Positions 18,669 to 28,648 of a stretch of 34,405 nt of DNA are shown one piece after another; the stretch's first letter is position 1, and each line of letters opens with the position of its first letter. Origin of the DNA: Fusobacteriota bacterium (GTDB lineage: Bacteria; Fusobacteriota; Fusobacteriia; Fusobacteriales; JBNJFI01); NCBI GenBank assembly GCA_051746725.1, contig JBNJFI010000011.1, forward strand, positions 1,255-35,659, in the 5' to 3' direction. Below the pieces are notes generated by a model. That model did not search any database. It saw nothing but the letters and a program-made list of their open reading frames with translations, and was not told where the DNA came from. A program made the translations under genes and the position numbers.

Positions 18669-20771
18669 ATGGATAAAATATCATTAAAAAATAATAAATA
18701 TATAATTATAAATGCTTTAATATCAATAATAGTTTTTTTGATTTTTGTTAACTATTACAGGAATTATTCACTAAACCAAGTTACTGATAGAATTTCTGAA
18801 CATGTTAAAGTAATCTCTGGACCTATTTGGAATTTTGAAAAAGAAGTTGCAAATCAATATCTTCAACTTGCAAGTACTTCTTATAATTATGAAAAAGTTG
18901 TGGTTACAGATTCCTATGGAGACCCTTTTTTGAAAATAACTAATACTAAACCTAGCAAATTAGAATTTCTTTTAATTTCAATGGACTTAATGCCTAAGAA
19001 AGAATTATCATCTCAAATTTTTTTCCATGATGTTCCTATAGGCAACTTAAAAATAGTATGGAGGTCTAAAAATATATTTGTTTATTTTTATGGCTTTATC
19101 GTGGTATTTCTAATCTGTATGGTTTCTATTTTAATTACTGGTTTAATCAAGATGAACTCGAATTTAGAAAAAGAGGTTCAAAAAAGGACAGAGGCATTAA
19201 CTAAATCAAATAAACTACTAAAAAAATCTGAAAAAAATGCCCGTAATGCAAATAATGCTAAAAGTCAATTTTTAGCAAATATGAGCCATGAATTACGAAC
19301 TCCTATGAATGGAATAATAGGGATGACAGAGCTAATATCAATGACTAATTTAAATCATGAACAAAAAAATTATATAAAAAGTATCGAAATATCTGCCGAT
19401 AGATTATTAAATATAATTAACGATATTTTAGATATTTCAAAAATTGAGGCTGGGAAAATAGAACTTTATGAACAAAAATTTTGTTTAGAAGACCTAATTA
19501 GTGAAGTTTTTTCTGTGGTATCTTATAAAGCTCATAAAAAAAAATTAGAATTAATTAATTTTATTGATCCAAGTATTCCTAAATTTTTGTCAGGTGATGA
19601 AGGTAAATTAAGACAAATTTTAATAAATCTAGTATCAAATTCAGTTAAATTTACTAATTCTGGTAGCATAATAATAGAAGTTAAAAATAATACAGAAAGC
19701 AATAAAAAATTGGAATTATCTTTTATAGTCAAAGATACTGGAATTGGAATAACAGAAGAGATTCAGAAAAAACTTTTTAAACCTTTTGAACAAGGGGATC
19801 AAAGCTATACTAAACAATATCAAGGAACAGGCCTTGGGTTATCTATTGTAAAACGTTTTATAGATCTAATGGGAGGAGATATTTCCATTGATTCTGAAAT
19901 TGGAAAAGGGACTAGTATTAAGTTTAGATTGGTTTTCAAAAAAGTAGAGGGAATGAACAACGAAAAAATTCATTTGGAAAACAATTTAAAGGACTTATCA
20001 CTTTTATTTATAGATGATAATGCTATGAACAGGACTATTTTAAAAAAAATGTTAGAAAAAGAGGGAATAGATGTTACATTAGCAAAAAGTGGTAAAGAGG
20101 GAATTAATATTTTAGAAAAAAATAAAAATATTAAAATAGTTTTATTGGACGTTCATATGCCAGAAGAAGATGGGATTAGTGTTGCAAAAAAGATAAAAAA
20201 ATTATATGATGATAAATATACAATATTATTATTCAGTTCAGTAGATTTAGGAAAAAACATAGATAATATCATGGGAATTACAGATGGAGATTATTTAATG
20301 AAACCTGTAAAAAGACATGATCTTATTGAAAAACTAAATAAAGTTTTAAATAAAAGTAAAGATAAGTTTGAAGAAAAAGAGAAACCTCATGTTAATACAA
20401 ATAAAAATTCAGAAAAAACTATTTTAATAGTAGAAGATGATGAAGTTAATCGAAATACTTTAATTAATATGCTCGATTCTATTGGAGATTATAATATTAG
20501 AGTTGCAATTGATGGTTCTGAAGCTGTAAAAAGTTATAAAAAATATTCTCCAGACATAATCTTTATGGATCTTCAATTGCCCAAAAAAGATGGTTTAACT
20601 GCATATAAAGAAATAAGAGAGATCTCTAATGATAAGGACTTTAAAGTAATTGCATTAACAGCATATGCAAGGGATGAAGATAGACAAAAATGTTTAGATG
20701 CTGGTATGGATAAATTTGTTTCTAAGCCTTTTAGACGATCTGACTTATTGGAAGCTCTTGAAAATAAATAA
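18669..20771 (+). CDS. Hybrid sensor histidine kinase (2 TM, small periplasmic sensor, HisKA-HATPase-REC-REC)
   Basis: '[15 protein letters not shown]', 'QILINLVSNSVKFT', 'DTGIG', 'GTGLGL'; receivers 'LLDVHMP' and 'FMDLQLP'. Confidence 0.95.
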   Translation: MDKISLKNNKYIIINALISIIVFLIFVNYYRNYSLNQVTDRISEHVKVISGPIWNFEKEVANQYLQLASTSYNYEKVVVTDSYGDPFLKITNTKPSKLEFLLISMDLMPKKELSSQIFFHDVPIGNLKIVWRSKNIFVYFYGFIVVFLICMVSILITGLIKMNSNLEKEVQKRTEALTKSNKLLKKSEKNARNANNAKSQFLANMSHELRTPMNGIIGMTELISMTNLNHEQKNYIKSIEISADRLLNIINDILDISKIEAGKIELYEQKFCLEDLISEVFSVVSYKAHKKKLELINFIDPSIPKFLSGDEGKLRQILINLVSNSVKFTNSGSIIIEVKNNTESNKKLELSFIVKDTGIGITEEIQKKLFKPFEQGDQSYTKQYQGTGLGLSIVKRFIDLMGGDISIDSEIGKGTSIKFRLVFKKVEGMNNEKIHLENNLKDLSLLFIDDNAMNRTILKKMLEKEGIDVTLAKSGKEGINILEKNKNIKIVLLDVHMPEEDGISVAKKIKKLYDDKYTILLFSSVDLGKNIDNIMGITDGDYLMKPVKRHDLIEKLNKVLNKSKDKFEEKEKPHVNTNKNSEKTILIVEDDEVNRNTLINMLDSIGDYNIRVAIDGSEAVKSYKKYSPDIIFMDLQLPKKDGLTAYKEIREISNDKDFKVIALTAYARDEDRQKCLDAGMDKFVSKPFRRSDLLEALENK

Positions 20772-20881
20772 TAATGATCTTTTTTACTGTAAAGGCAAAC
20801 GACATACTTGTGATGTGGCAGTAATAAAAATGAAGGCAATTCATAATTATTTGTTTTTATAAATCAAATAAAATCAGTAGA

Positions 20882-20926
20882 TTAGAATTTTGTAACTAGC
20901 TAAAATTCACTATAATTAAAGGGGGA
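20882..20926 (+). repeat. 45-bp leader repeat, copy 1 (before kinase 2)
   Basis: 41/45 identical to 23470-23514; includes TATAAT and the RBS AAGGGGGA. Confidence 0.9.
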
Positions 20927-20932
20927 TCCAAT

Positions 20933-23152
20933 ATGGAACTAAAAAAAGTGTCTGAAATTATAAAGGGAGATCACATCCTATTTCTATATGAAGAAGAAAA
21001 AACTCATTCCAGAGTTTTAAAGAAATTTATAAAAAATGGGATTTCTAATAATGAAAAAATAATCTATGTTTATGATTCTCATTCTTTGGATAATATTTAT
21101 GATAAATTTAGTATGTTAAATATTGAAAAATTAGCTAAAAATAGTATGATCACTCTTTTGAAAACTGAAGATGTATATTTAGTTAATGGAGAATTTTCAG
21201 CAGATAGAATGCTTAAAATATTTAAAAATGAAATTGATAATGCCTTAGAAGAAAATTTCAGTGGTTTAAGAATTACAGGTGAGACTGGTTGGTTAAAAGA
21301 TAATTTAAATCAATTTGAAGAATTTTGTAAATACGAAGAATTAGTTAATCAATTTTTTGATAAAAACCCAGTAGTAGCTTTATGTCAATATAAAAAAAAT
21401 ACTTTTAATCCAGAATACATGTTGAAAATTGTTCAAGCACACCCTTATATTCTATTTTCTGAAAATATTTATAAAAACTTTTATTATATTCCACCTAAAA
21501 TTGAAAAATCTCAAAAAGCTAAAAAAGAATTAGATCTTTATATAGAAAATTTAAAAAGATTTATGAAAAGTAAACAGCATATGAAAGAATTAAATATAAA
21601 ATATAAAAAAGAAAGAGATCGAGCAAAAAAGGCTAATAAAATTAAATCTCAATTTTTAGCTAATATGAGTCATGAAATCAGAACTCCAATGAACGGAATA
21701 GTTGGAATGGTTGATTTATTGGAGATGACAGATTTAAATGCTGAGCAAAAAGAATTACTAGAAAGCGTGAAAATTTCTTCTGATAGAATGACTAATATTA
21801 TTAAAGATATCTTAGATCTAACAAAAATTGAAAGAGGTAAAATTGAATTAGAATATGTTGACTTTAACTTAGAAAACATTATGAATGAGATCATAGGAAC
21901 ATTTGCTTTAAGTGCTCAAAGAAAAAATATTGAGCTGGTTTATTACTGTGATAGTAATATTCCTAAGAAACTTTCTGGAGATAAATATAAAATAACTCAG
22001 ATACTTGTAAATTTGATTAATAATTCAATTAAATTCTCTGAGGAAGGCAATATTTTTGTAGAAGCTGAATTAGTCAAAAAAGTTGATAATAGGGTTCAAA
22101 TTAGATTTATGGTAAGAGATACGGGAATTGGTATACCAAAGGAAAAACAAAAACATATTTTTGAAAAGTTTGTTCAAGGTGATTTAAGCTACACTAAGGA
22201 ATATCAAGGAGCTGGGTTAGGGTTATCTATTTCCAAAAATCTGGTAAATCTTATGGGGGGAGATATTTCTCTGGAAAGCAAAATTGGTTTGGGAACGGAA
22301 GTACAATTTCATATTAATCTAAAGACTGGAAATTCAGAAATAAATGAAGATGATTTTATTGATCTCTCTTTAAATTTAAAAAATCATAAAGTTTTAGTTA
22401 TTGATGATAATCAACTAAATAGAGCGATAGTTAAAAAAATGCTAGAAGACGTAGATATGGAAGTTCACCTCGCTTCAAGCGGAGAAAAAGGAATAGATTT
22501 ATACTCTAAAAAGCAACCTATCGATTTAATATTGCTTGATGTTAATATGCCTAAGATGGATGGCATAAAAGTTGCTGAAAAACTAATTAAAATCAAAAAA
22601 GAATATACTTCAATAATTTTATTTACTTCCATTGATATAAGAGATCGGATATCAGAAATTGAAAATATGGGAATAGACGGATATATAATGAAACCCATTG
22701 GAAAAATTGAGCTTTTAGAGAAAATTAAATATATATATAATAATAAAAATTTAAAAATTATAAATAAAAATATCAAAAAAGGTACTAATGGGAAATCTAA
22801 AATTTTAGTTGCCGAAGATGATGTTATGAATCAAACACTTTTAAAGAAAACATTAGATAAATTTGGTTATGAAGCTATTATTGTTGATAATGGAAAAGAA
22901 GCACTATTATCCTTAAGTCAAAATAAATTTGACTTAATTATAATGGATATCCAAATGCCTGTTTTAAATGGACTAGAGGCAACAAAAGAAATCAGAAATC
23001 AGGGATTAGATATCCCTATAATTGCTGTAACTGCATATGCTAGAGAAAGTGAAGTTGAGGAATTTTTTGATGCAGGTATAACCGAATATATGTCTAAACC
23101 AATTAAAATTAATAAACTTATTAAAAAGATAAAAAGATATCTGAAGAAATAA
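20933..23152 (+). CDS. Cytoplasmic hybrid histidine kinase with N-terminal MEDS domain (MEDS-HisKA-HATPase-REC-REC)
   Basis: MEDS motifs 'GDHILFLY', '[10 protein letters not shown]', 'YEELVN', 'ALCQY', 'AHP'; H-box '[10 protein letters not shown]'; receivers 'LLDVNMP' and 'IMDIQMP'; no TM. Confidence 0.92.
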   Translation: MELKKVSEIIKGDHILFLYEEEKTHSRVLKKFIKNGISNNEKIIYVYDSHSLDNIYDKFSMLNIEKLAKNSMITLLKTEDVYLVNGEFSADRMLKIFKNEIDNALEENFSGLRITGETGWLKDNLNQFEEFCKYEELVNQFFDKNPVVALCQYKKNTFNPEYMLKIVQAHPYILFSENIYKNFYYIPPKIEKSQKAKKELDLYIENLKRFMKSKQHMKELNIKYKKERDRAKKANKIKSQFLANMSHEIRTPMNGIVGMVDLLEMTDLNAEQKELLESVKISSDRMTNIIKDILDLTKIERGKIELEYVDFNLENIMNEIIGTFALSAQRKNIELVYYCDSNIPKKLSGDKYKITQILVNLINNSIKFSEEGNIFVEAELVKKVDNRVQIRFMVRDTGIGIPKEKQKHIFEKFVQGDLSYTKEYQGAGLGLSISKNLVNLMGGDISLESKIGLGTEVQFHINLKTGNSEINEDDFIDLSLNLKNHKVLVIDDNQLNRAIVKKMLEDVDMEVHLASSGEKGIDLYSKKQPIDLILLDVNMPKMDGIKVAEKLIKIKKEYTSIILFTSIDIRDRISEIENMGIDGYIMKPIGKIELLEKIKYIYNNKNLKIINKNIKKGTNGKSKILVAEDDVMNQTLLKKTLDKFGYEAIIVDNGKEALLSLSQNKFDLIIMDIQMPVLNGLEATKEIRNQGLDIPIIAVTAYARESEVEEFFDAGITEYMSKPIKINKLIKKIKRYLKK

Positions 23153-23184
23153 ACAAATAATTTACTATAGAGATAGTTACAAAA

Positions 23185-23213
23185 CTGAGAATAAAATTTT
23201 AGGTTATTCTCAG
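23185..23213. terminator. Hairpin or possible terminator after kinase 2
   Basis: CTGAGAATAA / TTATTCTCAG 10-bp stem with a 9-nt loop; weak U-tract. Confidence 0.5.
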
Positions 23214-23299
23214 AATTATTTAGAATTTAAGGCTCTTTCTAGCCTTTCCTCTGACAGTAGGTTGTGTCGTAATACAGAAAATCAACATAATTATGTTTT

Positions 23300-23360
23300 T
23301 GTAGGGGTAATGCCTTGTGCTTACCCTGAATATTGGGTACCCACAAGGGGCACCTCTACA
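23300..23360. repeat. GTAG-family REP doublet (REPIN-like inverted pair)
   Basis: TGTAGGGGTAATGCCTTGTGCTTACCC, 8-nt spacer, GGGTACCCACAAGGGGCACCTCTACA. Both units start with GTAG on their own strand and carry an internal palindrome around a CTTGT loop. It is a GC-rich island in AT-rich DNA. Confidence 0.75.
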
Positions 23361-23469
23361 TGTTACTGACAATTTTTAAAGAGAATAAAGATAATTTCAT
23401 TGTTAGGTGGAGATTTAGAAGGGGAAAGACCTTAAAAGAAAGTGTAATAAAAGCAATGAATTTGAATGG

Positions 23470-23514
23470 TTAGAGTTTTATAACTAGTTAAAATTTACTA
23501 TAATTAAAGGGGGA
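23470..23514 (+). repeat. 45-bp leader repeat, copy 2 (before kinase 3)
   Basis: 41/45 identical to 20882-20926; contains the palindrome TAACTAGTTA. Confidence 0.9.
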
Positions 23515-23518
23515 CATA

Positions 23519-26257
23519 ATGAAAAAAATGAGCTTCAAAAATATCATAATTGTAGCCATTGTCTCGGTATATATTATATCAAGTGCTATTTTATTTTATA
23601 ATTTTAATTTAACATATTCTAAAAATCTAAGTGAAAAATATATAAGTGAAAATATATATTCAAAAGAAGTAGCAGAAGATTTAATCAAAAAAGAATTAGA
23701 TATGCTTAGACGAAAAGCAAATACAATCAGTCGATATGATATTTTATGGCATGCAATGGCATACAAAACAAAAATTAGCTTTGGAGAAACTAAAGATGGA
23801 AAGTCAAAGGTGCATCTTAATCCCATGTCTAAAATAAATTATATTCAACTTGTCAATGACTTAAAAAACACATTTATAGGTAGAGATAACTCTCTAGAAA
23901 AAGAAAGAGAGCTGGAAATTTTCGGGATTGACATGGAACCTATTGCAGGAACTGGACCAATGAAAACTAGAAGTATAAATAGTGATTTTTTAGAATACTT
24001 CAAAGGTAACGTAGGTAATTCAAGAGTGACTTTAGACCTTATAGAATCTTACAATCAAGATAAATTTATTATGAAAGGAGCAGCAAGTATAGATCAATCT
24101 AAGAGGGTTGGTCATAGAGGGAATCCAGATCTTCCTAGAATAATCGGAGCAGTTGTAGTTCGCCAGAACCTAAATTCAATTTTCTTAAACGACATGAAAA
24201 AGCTTATTAATAGAGAAATTATCTTGATAAAAGATGACAAAATAGTTAAAAAAACTTTTTTGAAAGATAATAACATAGGAGAATTGAAATATCATGAAGA
24301 AAAAAATATTTATATTGCGCCTGTGGGAAATCGAAAATACGGATTCAATTTTATATTGCTTAAAGATATTAATGGAAAAGAAATCGGAAAAATTGGTATT
24401 GGATTTGACTATACAGTTTTTGAAGAAGTTAATAAAACTAATTTAAATCGATTTTTACTTTATGGGATAATTTTTTCTATTATTATAATAATAATATTAT
24501 ATATAATATTACACCTATTATTTAATCCTTTTTCAAAGATTCTATCTGTGATAAAAAAAATAGAAACTGGAAATTATCAAGATAAAATAAGATTAAATTT
24601 TCGAAAAGAATTAAACAATATCGCAAGAGCAGTTAATAATCTATCGAAAAGAGTTCGAGAAAGAGAAAAAGAATTAAAAGATTTAAATACAGGCCTTCAA
24701 GCAAGTAAAGAAAAAGCAGAAAAAGCTAATGAAGCAAAATCAGAATTTTTGGCCAATATGAGCCATGAGATCAGGACACCAATGAATGGGATTATAGGAA
24801 TGGCTGAACTCTTAGATGACACGAATTTAAATAGCGAACAAAAGCAATATTTAGAATTTATTCAGACTTCTGCTGATAATCTACTCACAATAATAAATGA
24901 TATATTAAATATTTCAAAACTAGATGCAGATAAAATTGAATTAGAAGAGGTAGATTTTGAGTTAGAAGAGATGATGGAAAACTTATTGACTTTACTATCT
25001 GTAAGTGCCCATAAAAAAGGAATAGAGGTCGTTTACTTCATTGATAAAGATATTCCTCATTTTTTAGTTGGTGACCAAATGAAAATACGACAGATTTTAG
25101 TAAATTTAATTGGAAATGCTGTTAAATTTACAGATGAAGGAGAAATACTTATTGAAATAAAATTAAAATCTAAAAAAGAAGATAAATTTAAAATCCAGTT
25201 TTTAGTGACTGATACCGGTATAGGAATGTCAGAAAAAATAATGGAAAAATTATTTAGACCTTTTATACAAGGAGATTTAAGTTATACAAAAGAATATCAA
25301 GGAACAGGATTAGGGTTAGCTATTTCAAAAAAGTTAGTTAATATTATGGGAGGAACTATTAATGTAGAGAGCAAAAAAGGGAAAGGTAGTAAATTTTGTT
25401 TCACTTTAGATTTACAAAAATCTAATAGTATTGCTCACAATACTTCAAAGGTAGATATAAATTTTGAAAAATTAAAAATTTTATTCATCGATGATAATAA
25501 GTTAAATCGAAAAATAACAGATAAAATGCTCTCTAATGAAGGGGCTAAAGTTTTTCTTGCCAAAAGTGGCGAAGAAGGATTACACATTTTATCTAAAAAT
25601 CCAAAAATTAATTTGATATTATTAGATGTTCATATGCCTAAAATGAGTGGTATTGACACATTAAAAATAATCAAGGATAAATTTAAACATAATTATCCGA
25701 TTATTATGTTTACTTCTGTAGATTTGCGTGATAAAGTTTCTGAAATAAAAGACCTAGGAGCAAATGAATATCTTATAAAGCCAGTTACCCGAAAACTACT
25801 TTTGGAAAACATCAAAAAAGTTTTAAATAAAGAAAAGGAAAATATATCTAAAAACAGCATAAATTCGATTGAAAAATTAGAAAATTCCAATAAAAAGATT
25901 TTAATTGCTGAGGACAATATTATAAATAGAGAAACTATTAAATCAATCTTAAATAAACTAGGGGATTATGATATTTTTGTTGCAAATAATGGTCAAGAAG
26001 CAATTGGACTTTATAAACAAAATAATCCAGATATAATATTTATGGATATTCAAATGCCTATCTTAAATGGACAAAAGGCATTTGAAGAGATCGTTCGATT
26101 ATCAAGAAAAATTGGTAAAACTCCTTTTTTTATTGCTATGACAGCTTATGCTTCGGAGAAAGATAGAAAAAAATTCTTAGATATGGGCATGGATTATTTT
26201 TTATCAAAGCCATTTACAATTAATGATGTCAAAAAAATATTGGAAAATATTCTATAA
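23519..26257 (+). CDS. Hybrid sensor histidine kinase (TM - large periplasmic Cache-like sensor - TM - HAMP - HisKA-HATPase-REC-REC)
   Basis: Two TM segments; HAMP 'NPFSKI...[10 protein letters not shown]'; '[10 protein letters not shown]'; '[10 protein letters not shown]'; receivers 'LLDVHMP' and 'FMDIQMP'. Confidence 0.95.
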   Translation: MKKMSFKNIIIVAIVSVYIISSAILFYNFNLTYSKNLSEKYISENIYSKEVAEDLIKKELDMLRRKANTISRYDILWHAMAYKTKISFGETKDGKSKVHLNPMSKINYIQLVNDLKNTFIGRDNSLEKERELEIFGIDMEPIAGTGPMKTRSINSDFLEYFKGNVGNSRVTLDLIESYNQDKFIMKGAASIDQSKRVGHRGNPDLPRIIGAVVVRQNLNSIFLNDMKKLINREIILIKDDKIVKKTFLKDNNIGELKYHEEKNIYIAPVGNRKYGFNFILLKDINGKEIGKIGIGFDYTVFEEVNKTNLNRFLLYGIIFSIIIIIILYIILHLLFNPFSKILSVIKKIETGNYQDKIRLNFRKELNNIARAVNNLSKRVREREKELKDLNTGLQASKEKAEKANEAKSEFLANMSHEIRTPMNGIIGMAELLDDTNLNSEQKQYLEFIQTSADNLLTIINDILNISKLDADKIELEEVDFELEEMMENLLTLLSVSAHKKGIEVVYFIDKDIPHFLVGDQMKIRQILVNLIGNAVKFTDEGEILIEIKLKSKKEDKFKIQFLVTDTGIGMSEKIMEKLFRPFIQGDLSYTKEYQGTGLGLAISKKLVNIMGGTINVESKKGKGSKFCFTLDLQKSNSIAHNTSKVDINFEKLKILFIDDNKLNRKITDKMLSNEGAKVFLAKSGEEGLHILSKNPKINLILLDVHMPKMSGIDTLKIIKDKFKHNYPIIMFTSVDLRDKVSEIKDLGANEYLIKPVTRKLLLENIKKVLNKEKENISKNSINSIEKLENSNKKILIAEDNIINRETIKSILNKLGDYDIFVANNGQEAIGLYKQNNPDIIFMDIQMPILNGQKAFEEIVRLSRKIGKTPFFIAMTAYASEKDRKKFLDMGMDYFLSKPFTINDVKKILENIL

Positions 26258-26278
26258 AATTTTATTTTTAAAAAGAAC

Positions 26279-26307
26279 TTTACAAAAATATATTTAAATG
26301 TTATACT
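26279..26307 (+). promoter_or_regulatory. Promoter of the thi operon
   Basis: TTTACA-N17-TATACT with an extended TG, just upstream of the TPP aptamer. Confidence 0.65.
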
Positions 26308-26330
26308 AATTTTACAATTAAATATTAATA

Positions 26331-26412
26331 TTACTAGGGGAGCTTTTTAGCTGAGAGGATTAATATCTGACCCTTTGAACCTGATCTAGGTAAAACTAGC
26401 GTAGGAAAGTGG
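26331..26412 (+). ncRNA. TPP riboswitch (THI element) aptamer
   Basis: ACTAGGGGAGC...GCTGAGAG...GACCCTTTGAACCTGATCTAGGTAAAACTAGCGTAGGAAAGTGG matches the TPP consensus and lies directly upstream of thiS. Confidence 0.97.
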
Positions 26413-26465
26413 ATATACTATTAAATATATAATCTAATGTAAAAAACATATAATTATATAATTAT

Positions 26466-26509
26466 GGCCACATACCTATGTTAAAAGGGTATGTGGTTTT
26501 TACTTTTTT
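26466..26509 (+). terminator. Riboswitch expression platform: terminator with antiterminator
   Basis: GGCCACATACCT / GGGTATGTGGTT stem followed by TTTTACTTTTTT. The 5' arm CCACATACCTAT can alternatively pair with the aptamer 3' end GTAGGAAAGTGG. Confidence 0.85.
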
Positions 26510-26523
26510 GAAAGGAGGCAAAT

Positions 26524-26724
26524 ATGAAAAAAATAAAAATTAATGGTAAATATGTAACTGTAAAGCATGATACTATTTTAGAATATATAAGATCTAAAAA
26601 TCTTAATTCAAAGAAAATAATTATTGAACATAATTCTAATATAATAAAAGAAAAATTATGGTCTGAAACTTTAATTCGTGATGGAGATAAATTAGAAATC
26701 CTGAATTTTGTAGGTGGAGGATAA
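26524..26724 (+). CDS. thiS: Sulfur carrier protein ThiS
   Basis: 66 aa, 'IKING', 'DGDKLEILNFVGGG' C-terminal GG. Confidence 0.96.
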   Translation: MKKIKINGKYVTVKHDTILEYIRSKNLNSKKIIIEHNSNIIKEKLWSETLIRDGDKLEILNFVGGG

Positions 26725-26748
26725 TATGTATATTTATAAGGAGGAACT

Positions 26749-27519
26749 ATGAATGAACTAAAACTTGGAGGAAAAATATTTAAAAACCGTTTATTTACAG
26801 GAACTGGAAAGTTTTCTTCAAAAAAATTAATACCAAAAATGTTAGAAAAAAGTGGATCTGAAATGATTACTGTGGCTTTAAGAAGAGTTGATCTTAATGG
26901 AAAAGAAGAAAATATTTTAGAATATATTCCTAAAAATATAACTCTTTTACCAAATACTTCAGGGGCAAGAAATCATAAAGAAGCTATAAGAATTGCTAGA
27001 CTTTCTCGAGAAGCTGGATGTGGAGATTTTATAAAAATTGAAGTTATCAATGATATGAAATATCTTTTTCCTGATAATTCTGAAACAGTTAAGGCAACTG
27101 AAATCTTAGCTAAAGAGGGGTTTAATGTATTACCATATATTAGTCCTGATTTAATTACAGCAAAAAAGTTAGTTGAAGCTGGGGCAAGTGCAGTTATGCC
27201 TCTTGGATCTCCAATAGGATCTAATCGAGGTTTAGAATCATTAAATATGTTGAAAATAATAATTGAAAATATAGATATACCTATTATTATCGATGCAGGA
27301 ATTGGAAAACCTTCTCAGGCAGCTAAAGCTATGGAAATAGGAGCAGATGCAGTTTTAGTTAATACGGCAATTGCAACTGCTGATAATCCAGTGAAAATGG
27401 GCCAGGCCTTCTCTCTTGCTGTAAAAGCAGGAAGACTGGCATATGAGACAAAAATGGCAGAGGAAAAAAAGTTTGCCAGTGCATCTTCACCATTAGAAGG
27501 AATAATAGATTTTGAATGA
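26749..27519 (+). CDS. thiG: Thiazole synthase
   Basis: 'RLFTGTGKF', 'TVALRR', 'LPNTSG', 'IKIEV', '[10 protein letters not shown]', 'DAGIG'. Confidence 0.97.
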   Translation: MNELKLGGKIFKNRLFTGTGKFSSKKLIPKMLEKSGSEMITVALRRVDLNGKEENILEYIPKNITLLPNTSGARNHKEAIRIARLSREAGCGDFIKIEVINDMKYLFPDNSETVKATEILAKEGFNVLPYISPDLITAKKLVEAGASAVMPLGSPIGSNRGLESLNMLKIIIENIDIPIIIDAGIGKPSQAAKAMEIGADAVLVNTAIATADNPVKMGQAFSLAVKAGRLAYETKMAEEKKFASASSPLEGIIDFE

Positions 27520-27544
27520 TTTTATTAAATAAAAGGAGACAAAA

Positions 27545-28648
27545 ATGACCTTTTTTGATGAACTAAAAACTAAAGAAAATTTTAATATTAAAAAATATTT
27601 TAATGAAATAACAGATTCTGATATTATAAATTCTTTAGACAAAGAAAATAAAACTGAACAAGATTTTTTAAATTTGTTATCTCCAAAGGCTTCTAGTCAT
27701 TTGAGAGAAATGGCTTATAAATCAAAAAAACTAACCAAACAACATTTTGGAAATACGGTTTTACTTTATTTACCTATGTATATATCAAATTATTGTGATA
27801 ATAACTGCTTATACTGTGGATTTAGTTATAAAAATAAAATTTCTAGAAAGAGATTGACTTTTGAAGAGATAAAAAAAGAAGCTGAGATAATTCAAAATAT
27901 GGGTATAAGACATATTTTAATTTTGACAGGAGAATCTCCCAAAAAAGCAGGATTTGATTTTATAAAAGAGAGCATAAAAGTTTTAAAAAATTATTTTGAT
28001 TCTATTTCAATTGAAATTTATCCCATGAAAACGGAAAAATATTCTGAATTAAAAAAAATTGGAGTAGATGGTTTAACCATATACCAGGAGGTATATGATG
28101 AAAAAATTTATAAACAAGTTCATCTGCAAGGAAAAAAAAGTGATTACAGATATCGTTTAGAAACCCCAGAAAGGGGTGCCGAAGCTGGGATACAATCTGT
28201 TAATATAGGAACTTTATTTGGACTAGGCGATATATATCGAGAAGCTTTTTTGAGTGGTCTACATGCCAAATATTTAATGGATAAATATATTAATACAGAA
28301 ATTAGTATATCACTTCCTAGAATAAATCATGCAGAAGGTAATTTTAAACCTAAATATAAATTAGATGAAAAAAGATATATTCAATTTTTATTTGCCTATC
28401 GTCTTTTTATGCCTAAAGTGGGAATAAATATTTCTACTCGAGAAAAAAAAGAGTTTCGAGATAAATTATTACATTTTGGAATTACCAAATTTTCTGCTGG
28501 TTCTAAAACAGAAGTTGGAGGATATAATCAAAAGGACAAAAGTACTCCACAATTTGAGATCTCAGATAAAAGATCTACAAAAAAGATTATATTAGATATT
28601 AAAAAACAAGGTTTTCAACCTATCTTTAAAAACTGGGAGAGGATATAA
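27545..28648 (+). CDS. thiH: 2-iminoacetate synthase (radical SAM tyrosine lyase)
   Basis: 'PMYISNYCDNNCLYCGF', 'YQEVY', 'STRE', 'SAGSKTEVGGY', 'QFEISD'. Confidence 0.95.
   Translation: MTFFDELKTKENFNIKKYFNEITDSDIINSLDKENKTEQDFLNLLSPKASSHLREMAYKSKKLTKQHFGNTVLLYLPMYISNYCDNNCLYCGFSYKNKISRKRLTFEEIKKEAEIIQNMGIRHILILTGESPKKAGFDFIKESIKVLKNYFDSISIEIYPMKTEKYSELKKIGVDGLTIYQEVYDEKIYKQVHLQGKKSDYRYRLETPERGAEAGIQSVNIGTLFGLGDIYREAFLSGLHAKYLMDKYINTEISISLPRINHAEGNFKPKYKLDEKRYIQFLFAYRLFMPKVGINISTREKKEFRDKLLHFGITKFSAGSKTEVGGYNQKDKSTPQFEISDKRSTKKIILDIKKQGFQPIFKNWERI

Noticed and set aside
20784..20824. AAAGGCAAAC within a weak hairpin, reminiscent of a c-di-GMP-I (GEMM) riboswitch
   Set aside because: It lacks the GNRA tetraloop stem, GACGCAAAG and the P2 receptor; only 7-10 nt match.
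23300..23360. CRISPR repeat
   Set aside because: There are only two units, they are inverted rather than direct, and there are no spacers or cas genes.
23249..23408. Possible integron attC site (CTCTGAC ... GTTAGGT)
   Set aside because: The left box is not RYYYAAC, there are no clear L boxes, no integrase is present, and no similar sites follow the other genes.
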